Source: Octopus sinensis (Eukaryota). Taken from it: 64,000 bases of DNA. Location: the NCBI RefSeq assembly GCF_006345805.1, contig NC_043012.1:46686001-46750000 (forward strand). Direction: 5' to 3'. Below the pieces are notes generated by a model. It ran no database searches and was not told the origin of the DNA. It worked only from the letters and a program-made list of their open reading frames with translations. A program made the translations under genes and the position numbers. Within the stretch, counting starts at the first letter, position 1; every line of letters starts with the position of its first letter. This document shows, piece by piece, positions 55,262 to 64,000 of the stretch.

Positions 55262-56107
55262 CAGGTGGAGAGACCAAAAGAAACCGGAATTGTGCAATAT
55301 TCATTTAGTTTTATGTATTTGCGTTTTTACCGCCTTCAAAAATCAACTGTTAGAATCAGTCCTGGAGCTCTTGCGAAGTGAGGCATTTTAACGCCTCTGT
55401 CGTTTTTGTTCTTTACCATTCCACATCTGCAAATTCCGTAGCACCAGCTTTCTTCACCAGTGATGGCCTTCGAAAACAGGTCTAGATCCACTTCCAATTG
55501 TTCTTTCAGTTCACGATACGCATTCAGTCCTGACTGTTCTTGATCTTCTGTCAGCAAGCGAGGCACAATTTTTGCTGTAACTCTTTTCATTCACAATCCC
55601 CGCCCAGAATCCCTTGGCAGGAGCCCTAGGTCACACCAGCCATATCAACAAGTTCGTCAATTTTTCGGCGACAGATCAATTTATGAATTTATATGATGTT
55701 TTCATTCGTTCGGGAGGTCGATGGTTGCTCTGAACGAGATTGGTCCTCAAGCGAGAAGTGACTATTCTTACCACGTGAAAACCACTCGTAAACTTTTGTT
55801 TTGCTCATGGCAGCATCCTTGTTAGTTGTTTGAATTCTGACATGTTTTTAGGCCGCCGTTCTCCCTAGCGGAAAACAGAATTTCACGGAAGCACGCTGTC
55901 GTTTTAACCATCGTTTCAGACATCACAAAAATCGACGAGCAGAGGAGAAGAACTGCAAAACAAATACGCACCACGTGGCAGTGTGACCGCCACCGGACAA
56001 CGCTGGTTGGTAGAATAATGCCTGAGGTTGGCACCAAATGCTTTCTAGTAGCGGAAGCCTCAACTACAACGGGCTTGTCTGACAGGTTACTCTTGGGTAT
56101 CCCTTCG
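55262..56107 (-). mobile_element. Internally deleted mariner element
   Basis: TA flanks at 55260-61 and 56108-09 with degenerate TIRs. The remnant reads MSKTKVYEWFSR...KIVPRLLTEDQ...FSKAITGEESWCYG. Confidence 0.75.
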
Positions 56108-56584
56108 TATATGCACATGTTAAACATCCAAATATATGTTCGGGATGACGTACATAAAACAAAATATACAAATCTGCATATGCACTGACACCAAATACAG
56201 CAAACACACAACCACACACACATTCACAAACACACATACACACACGTACACACACGTACACACACGTGCACACACATGCAATAATACCGTTTCTATGTTG
56301 AAATTCCAATGAAGGAGACTTAGATCTTGGTTAGAAACCGGCTCTTTCTATATTGACAAGAAACCTTGAAATAAAACTCTATAATGATGTACATACATAC
56401 ATACATACATACATACATACATACATACATACATACATACATACATACATACATACATGCATACGTACATACAGACAGACATAAATTAGTGCGTGGGCGC
56501 ACACATGACTCTGGAGAACGATTCTCTGAATGAGCATGCGTATGGATGTAGATTTCACTTATGTAATTTTGCGCATATAAATGC
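55952..56584. repeat. Left arm of a local inverted duplication
   Basis: Reverse complement of 60068-60663. Confidence 0.9.
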
Positions 56585-57344
56585 GTACATCTGAATATAT
56601 ATATACACATCGAAATCTAGCATGATATAAAAATAACTGCATATATATTAGATTTTATGCAAACTTTCCTAATGCATTGATCTATGCATGTCTCCAACTA
56701 GTTTCAAACTTCGTTTCCTTTCTTCTCAATTTCACATTCGCATTCCCAATATGCCTATACACATTACCGGACGCCTACATACGTAGGCACATTCAAACAA
56801 TAAAACTATGGGAGCATGAGTGGTCGGGTATGCATGCGTATAATATTTCATCCTTTCTCAAAAACATTATGGTTCACGTACCGCAATAGTAACCTCTGTA
56901 ATGTTATTCACTGATCTAATTAAGTAAATTTTATTAAACATACAATTACAATGGATATACACAGACTTTCTTTTGGAATCTATACATATAAATCAATGTT
57001 TCATTTTAATGTGTGTTTCTATTAATACTTGCTGGATTGCATAAAAAATATATGACTAATAATGCATAAAAATATTAGTTGAATTCATTGTTGCTTTGAT
57101 GCGTCTACATCGTTTCTGTTTGTCGCTAAGTCTGTGTATACAACTAACAATTACTAAATCCGAATTTATATGAATATATATACGAAGGTACTTACATATA
57201 CGTATATTACGAATGCGTATATTTATATATGCATATCCTTATATATATATAAGCTTATATGAACACACACAGACACACACACACACACAAACACAAACGC
57301 ACACACACATATATATAGATAGATGGATATATAGATATATAGAA

Positions 57345-57375
<31 letters not shown>

Positions 57376-57450
57376 CAATGTACACATACATATATTTTAA
57401 AGAGTGACATGTACATAAATTGATTTCTGTGTATATATTTACATACATAC

Positions 57451-57505
<55 letters not shown>

Positions 57506-58043
57506 CATATATATACATACAAATATATATAAAACACACACACACACACATATAATTAGCACTAGATGTTTTTCAATTATATCAATCAATGTATCTATTA
57601 TCCAATGAAAAAAGCTTTCAGTGAATTCATTTCCATTTGTATATCTGTATGAGTACAGATGTATATATGCATGTATGTATGCATGCATGTACACACACGC
57701 GCGCCCGAGCACACACACACACTGACATACACAGACACATACACTCACAAACATATATGTATATATATATATATATATTCAATTTTATTTGGTTATCTCC
57801 ATCTGAGAAGATTTTATAGCTGGTGAATATCTAACATTTAATCTATCTCTTTAGTGCCGTGCCTAACAATGCGAAAAATATAGAGAAGGAAAGAAAAAAA
57901 TACATTAGTCTGGTAAAAAAAAAAAAATTAAAAAATCATTCATTTTTACATCTAACTCTTTATCCTTACGTCTCAATAGTAATAATCCATATTTCCATAT
58001 GACATACTATTTAGGTTATTTACGTATTTCTATTTATGTCATT

Positions 58044-58086
<43 letters not shown>

Positions 58087-58652
58087 ACATATATGTGAAT
58101 GTGTGTGATAGTGTGTTTGTGAGTTTGTGTGTGTCAATAATTCTACAAACACAGACATACGCTCGTACCTTTGTATATATGAATTTCTCAATATGCTCAT
58201 GCACACATATCACTATGTATGAAGATATACATATACATCTGTACATATATACACACCAAAATCTACATGTATATATATGTGTATCTATGAATATTTACAT
58301 TTATGCTTATATATATATAGATATATGTATACATATATATATATATATATACACACACAAACATATATATATATATATATATATACAATCTGCTAACATT
58401 TATTTATCTAACCTCGCTCCCACTTCACAAATAAAACTAATGAATTGCATTTGCAGATAAATCGATATTGTGTGCAGCATTTGTTAGCCTACATCAACAG
58501 AAATGTCATTACATGCATTTCAAGCAGAAATTATAAGTGCATTACAAATCTTCAGACACAACCGCACAGACGCATGCATACGATAGATAACGACCTCATA
58601 ACTATGTTTGCAAAATTACATTCTTACAATACTTATATATGTGTGTGTGCAT

Positions 58653-58728
<76 letters not shown>

Positions 58729-60067
58729 ATGTATTCCTATATAAATATATTGGTGTATGTGCGTTCATGTACAGGCGCGTACGTTTGTGTCTATCTATAT
58801 GTTTGTCACAATCCAATCCAGCTCTCCCATTCTCTTTCTCTCTCGTTCTCGCCCTCTATACACATATACATATATGCATTTACATACATTTATTCTATGT
58901 ATATACATATACACACGCACACACACACACACAAAACACAAGATATGTATCTATGTTTGTATGTAGTTACACACTGGCGTCGATCATAGGAACAACACAT
59001 CTTTATAGATATGTGTGTGAAAGAGTTGGTTAGTGTGTCTTCCCATTTCCTGTGAAAACCCAAATTCCGAATTTGTGTTCTTATATGTCAATTAAGTAAT
59101 TTTAAAGATTTATATAATACATACAATTTGATGAATTATGTAATGTGCTTGCTTTGGTGCTTTAAGCTGTTTGAATTCCTTCGTCCAACATGGTTGAAGA
59201 AGCAAAATATGAAAGAATTTAGCATATGTCAGGATAAATATTTATGTGTGTATATGGGCAATTCTGTATGTCTTGTTTTATGTCTGTATTCTCGTGCAAA
59301 TTGCTGCACATATGTATATATGCATACATATATACATATGTGCAGCAATATTATATATATAAATATTATTATATATATTTTATATATATACATATGTTTA
59401 CATGCCTACACACATACATGCACATACACATATATAAGTATTGTAAGAATGTAAATAATTTGTATCCGTATGTGGCCTTATATCATGTATTTACGTGTTA
59501 ATCGGAATCTTCGTTTCCGACGTGCAACTAATGGTTGCCTTTATATGTAAGTCACCCATCACCATAGCATAATGCTGTCCAAGGCAAAGAGAACTGCCAT
59601 CAGCTTTGCCCCGATGTTCTCGCAGCCAGAACACATACAACAAGTTATCATCCCGAGCATGGTAACAATTCTTCCTATTCTACGCCCAGAAATGCTACAT
59701 ATGTTTATCGATCCCGTTAGAATAAAAAGGAAAATTTAGCTGGCAGTATTTGAACTCAGAAGCCTAAAACCCAGGTTAAATCTATCAAGTGATTCTGTTA
59801 AACGATGCAGTAATTCTGCAAATAGAGCGTTCACCAAATGAAAGCCTCATAATGCATTATTCGTACAGCAAATTGTCCCAAAATTGTGACAGAAACAATT
59901 GTGGCTAATTCGTCTGCCGTAACTGTTATCTAGGGTAGCTTTAGAAAGGAGTTATAATGAATATCAATATATTTACTCTCCAGCAGAAACTTCACATTTG
60001 ATACTGGTGAGATGATAATGGCAAAAATCACAACACCCTCACGTAAAGACGTGTACGCTTTTATATT

Positions 60068-60663
60068 GCATCTATGCGCAAAATTACATAAGTAGGAACC
60101 TACATTCATACGCATGCTCATTCAGAGAATCGTTCTCTGTGTGCGCCCACGCACTAATTTATATCTGTCTGTATGTACGTATGCATGTATGTATGTATGT
60201 ACGTATGTATGTATGTATGTATGTATGTATGTATGTATGTATGTATGTATGTATGTACATCATTATAGAGTTTTATTTCAAGGTTTCTTGTCAATATAGA
60301 AAGAGCCGGTTTCTAACCAAGATCTAAGTCTCCTTCATTGGAATTTCAGCATAGGAACGGTATTATTGCGTGTGTGTGTATGTGTGTTTGTGAATGTGTG
60401 TGTGTGTGTGTTTACAGTATTTGGTGTCAGTGCATATGCAGATTTGTATATTTTGTTTTATATACGTAATCCCGAACATATATTTGGTTGTTTAACATGT
60501 GCATATACGAAGGGATACCCAAAAGTGACCTGTCAGATAAGCCCGTTGTATTTCAGGCTTCCGCTACTAGAAAGCATTTGGTGTCAACCACGGGCATTAT
60601 TCTGCCAGCCAGCGTTGTCCGGTGGGGGTCACACTGCCACGTGGTGTGTATTTGTTTTGCAGT
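60068..60663. repeat. Right arm of a local inverted duplication
   Basis: Reverse complement of 55952-56584. Confidence 0.9.
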
Positions 60664-61363
60664 GCTCCCCTGGTTAACCTTGAACAACGAAAGTGTACTC
60701 AAAATCCCTTTCACGTGTCAGACTGCAAGGTTTTATAAGATTACCTTCCGTAATGTGTCAGCTATAGTGGCTTTTGCTTGTGGGCCATTTGGCAGCGATT
60801 TACTTTAGCTCAGCAAGTGATCATGTGCATTTTACTTTCTTTGTTGCTCGAAAGACGCTAGTATCTCCTGACGTACAGTTTGGAATATGTGGACAAGATT
60901 GCGGTGTGTACATTTGTTTTTATCAGAAACATCGCAGGAGAGACACATAACATATTGATTGTTCTGCTCTCAATATGCAATTTCAATTTATAACTGCAAA
61001 AATATATCTTCGGTATATCCTGTGAAATTATTTGGACAAAGATTCAAAATTATGTAATATCAAGTATAAGTTACTCTTAACGAGAGGAGCTTAAGACGCC
61101 AATGACATCTTCATTTTTTTTAATCGTTTCTTGATATTTTATAATGCTCAGAGAGAACTACATGGTCATATTGTGCATCTAAATGATTTGTCATAGAGTT
61201 CCTTCCCTGTGTTGGTGTTTTGCTATGCAACTTTTTAGCAAAACTTATGTAGAAACATTTTAACGTGGGATTCGTCTAAGATATTGTAATTTATGCTACA
61301 ATAACTTGTAGTATTAAAGATACTTCGATATTATGTAAATAGAGGAATTTATCTGTAAATATA

Positions 61364-61560
61364 ATATGTTTCAGTTATTCGGCAGCCATGATTAAACTCC
61401 GAGTTTCGTATGTCGGGGCTGAAACCGACGCCGGCATCTCTTCAGTTATCTGGCGATCAAACTATAATGGCCCGATAACTGAAGAGATGCCGGCGTGGGT
61501 TTCCGCCCTGATATCCGAAATTCAGAGTTTTATCATGGATGTCGAATAATTGTCACATAT
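61364..61560. repeat. ~87-bp inverted repeat in which each arm carries a hammerhead-like motif (PLE pseudo-LTR type)
   Basis: gataa-CTGAAGA-gatg...-GAAA-(c/t)tc(g/a)ga-GTT-t(t/a)atc on both strands; related to the motif in 3424-4383. Confidence 0.6.
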
Positions 61561-61845
61561 TATATATATATACATACATACATGTGTGTGTCTGTATGTC
61601 TGTGTGTGGTTAGACACCAATAAAGGATACGAATATATATGTGAATACTAGTGGTAACAGGGTCCTATCAAGACGATATCTAATTAGCTGCACATTTTAC
61701 TTGTCTGACTCCCGCTAACTGTAATTACGTGTTTGAAATTCGCACTACTCTGGAATGAATCAATAATTATATTCCCGTATGTATAACTTATATATATATA
61801 TATGTATGTATGTATGTATGTGTGTGTGTAAGTATGTAATATACC

Positions 61846-61896
<51 letters not shown>

Positions 61897-62319
61897 GAGG
61901 GAGAGAGAGAGAAAAAAAGAGATAGATAGATAGACAGATAGATCGACATACCTACCTCACGTCAGCCATAGTTCAAGAATCAGGATAGTTTTAGCGCGAA
62001 TAATATCTAGACACTTAATTACATTGTACTACTGCTCATGATGCACAAGTAAAAATTAGTGCGGCAGTAGATCTCGCATAGCAAAAGACTTAGAAAATGA
62101 TGGATAACAATATAATGGTCATAGAAATACAGAGAGGCATACATACACACATAACCTTAAGAAACTATTGTAGTGAAATTGATGGATATATAACCACCTT
62201 CACCAGTACTAATAAATACAGGAATGGTTAATTATAAAACTAAGTAGCCAGCAACAAAGCCACTATACTATATAATAGATTGCATATATATACATATATA
62301 TGTGTGTGTGTGTGTGTGT

Positions 62320-62375
<56 letters not shown>

Positions 62376-62649
62376 TGTGTATAGGGATTATGTCTGAGGT
62401 TAAAGTTCTTTGTGTAATGTTCATTTTAGGGTTAGCTTTGTGTCAGAGTGACATCGGACACGTAATTACATATATAAACACACAAACATATTTGTTGTTG
62501 TAATCAATATCGACAAACATGATTATGAATGTGTAATACTCTTCTATGCGTTACTGAACTGGATTTAATATGAACGATTTATCGGATTGTATCCGTTCGC
62601 TTATGTATTACAGATTACAATTTCTTTTGTGATATATTATTATATTAAT

Positions 62650-63560
62650 TTGGCAAAATATAGGTTTATGTTTATTTACTTATTTTCTCCTGGCTTTTAT
62701 CTTCATCTGCTGTAATGTACCATCCATATGGATACATTCCGAAGAACGTTTCCCTCTGGAATCCAGATATGCGACAACCATCCTCATCGTAATAATCTGC
62801 GCTAGTCAGAGTTTTTAAAAGCTAGGAATAGTAATGTTCCAAGAATGATGGCGCTGGTAATAATCTTTCTAGATATATACAATTTTTTAAGTTGGTGATA
62901 TTGTGAGGCTTTTAGAATTCCATAGATATTTTTAACATGCTGGTTGCTCATTCTGCTTCATAATTCTTTTCCGAACTTCAAATCAATCCAGTTATTACGT
63001 ACAACCACACTACTCAAATAGTTAAAATCTACAATGGTATCTATTATCTCTCCATCACTACAGCCAATATGATGATTGGTTTAATCTGTAGACATTATTT
63101 TTATGTTTTATCAAGAAATAACTGGTGCTGTTTTGCTTTCATATTTTAATATTAGTTGCATTTGCAATCGTTAGCAAGTCGGGCAAAATGCATGGCGGTA
63201 TTTCATCCGTCTTTACGTCTTGCGTTCAAATACCACAGAGGTCGACGCCGGTTCTCAGTCTTTTGGGGGTCAAGAGTCGAGATAATCGACTTAGTCCCTT
63301 CCCCAAAACTCCTGGCCTTGTACCAAAGTTTGAAATCTATAATAGTATAATTTCTTACGTTGTTCCTGAAGTCAACCGCTGGTACCCAACATGATCAGCT
63401 AACATCTTGTTATCCGACCAGTGTATTTCACAATCACTTTTCTGCAAAATCTTCTCCAACATAATCAATCACTATTGGTGATAGTTGCCTTTCAGATCTT
63501 CCCTTAGAGTATTATCAACCGTAGGTTCAATGCTATTTAAAAATAATCTGTTGAACATTA
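62650..63560 (-). mobile_element. Heavily decayed RTE-clade LINE remnant, interrupted by a SINE
   Basis: The minus strand gives IVDFNYLSSVV...EVRKRIM...IYGILK...RRLLR*GWLSHIW, resembling the F.YLGS/E...RI/RRLRWLGH motifs. Confidence 0.5.
63160..63335 (+). mobile_element. Decayed tRNA-derived SINE (family of 49956)
   Basis: cgttagcaagtcgggcaaaatgc...gcgttcaaata...ggccttgtaccaaagtttgaa. Confidence 0.6.
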
Positions 63561-64000
63561 TTTCATTATGAATAATATCCTTCCTTCTTCTTGCCATATT
63601 CACGCATCTCTCTTAATCATTATTTCATTATTTCATTATGAATAGTACTCTTCCTTTTCTTGTCCATTCACGCATCTCGCCTAACCATCAATTAAATAAA
63701 TTAATGGTAAGTCCAAGAAGAGATTACTCAATTAGAGATAAACAATTATGCTAGGGAATAATGATAAACAAATAAGTAAGAGATGGTAGGAACAATGAAA
63801 TATTGTTTAGCAATAAAATTTCATATTCATATATGACTTCAGTAGAAAGAATGTGGAAATTAAAACATCCTTTGTAACGTCGAATATCACGACTCAGCAC
63901 AATGGTGGTTGTGATTACACAGCTAAGTGGTTGTTAGAATGGTTTAAAATTTGGAAACAAGGTCAGATATTTTGGAGGAGGGGATAAATCGATTAGATCG

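Noticed and set aside
62390-62461. Signal-peptide-like MSEVKVLCVMFILGLALCQSDIGH followed by gtaatt
   Set aside because: It directly follows a (TG)n tract, with no convincing acceptor, promoter or downstream exon. Short hydrophobic frames are common in T-rich DNA. RNA-seq would be needed to revive it.
62660-62820. Plus-strand frame resembling GPCR transmembrane segments (FIFICCNVPSIW)
   Set aside because: It is better explained as the antisense of a decayed RTE LINE.

Overview
This is AT-rich, microsatellite-dense animal genomic DNA. The SINE and repeat families look like Octopus (cephalopod); this is pattern recognition, not a database match. It is probably intronic or intergenic. I found no supportable host protein-coding gene, and most ORFs in the track are translations of simple repeats. 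The window holds many decayed mobile elements: Penelope-like elements (PLEs), RTE, Tx1/L1, R4/Dong, HERO-like and CR1-like LINE fragments, mariner remnants, a Tc2/pogo-type MITE, Helitron Rep fragments and tRNA-derived SINEs. There is one 100-N gap. The standout is a 3.65-kb array (9740-13386) of near-identical, non-coding ~445-bp monomers set in a (TA)n tract. Each full monomer carries a type I hammerhead ribozyme motif: CUGAUGA core, GAAA, palindromic ACCGCGGU stem III and GUA cleavage site. About 2.8 copies face one way and about 5.4 the other, joined at a hairpin. This matches the architecture of a non-LTR retrozyme, a ribozyme-processed element that may form circular RNA. Several other hammerhead families occur in PLE terminal repeats, including one with an apparent compensatory A3:U8 core pair.
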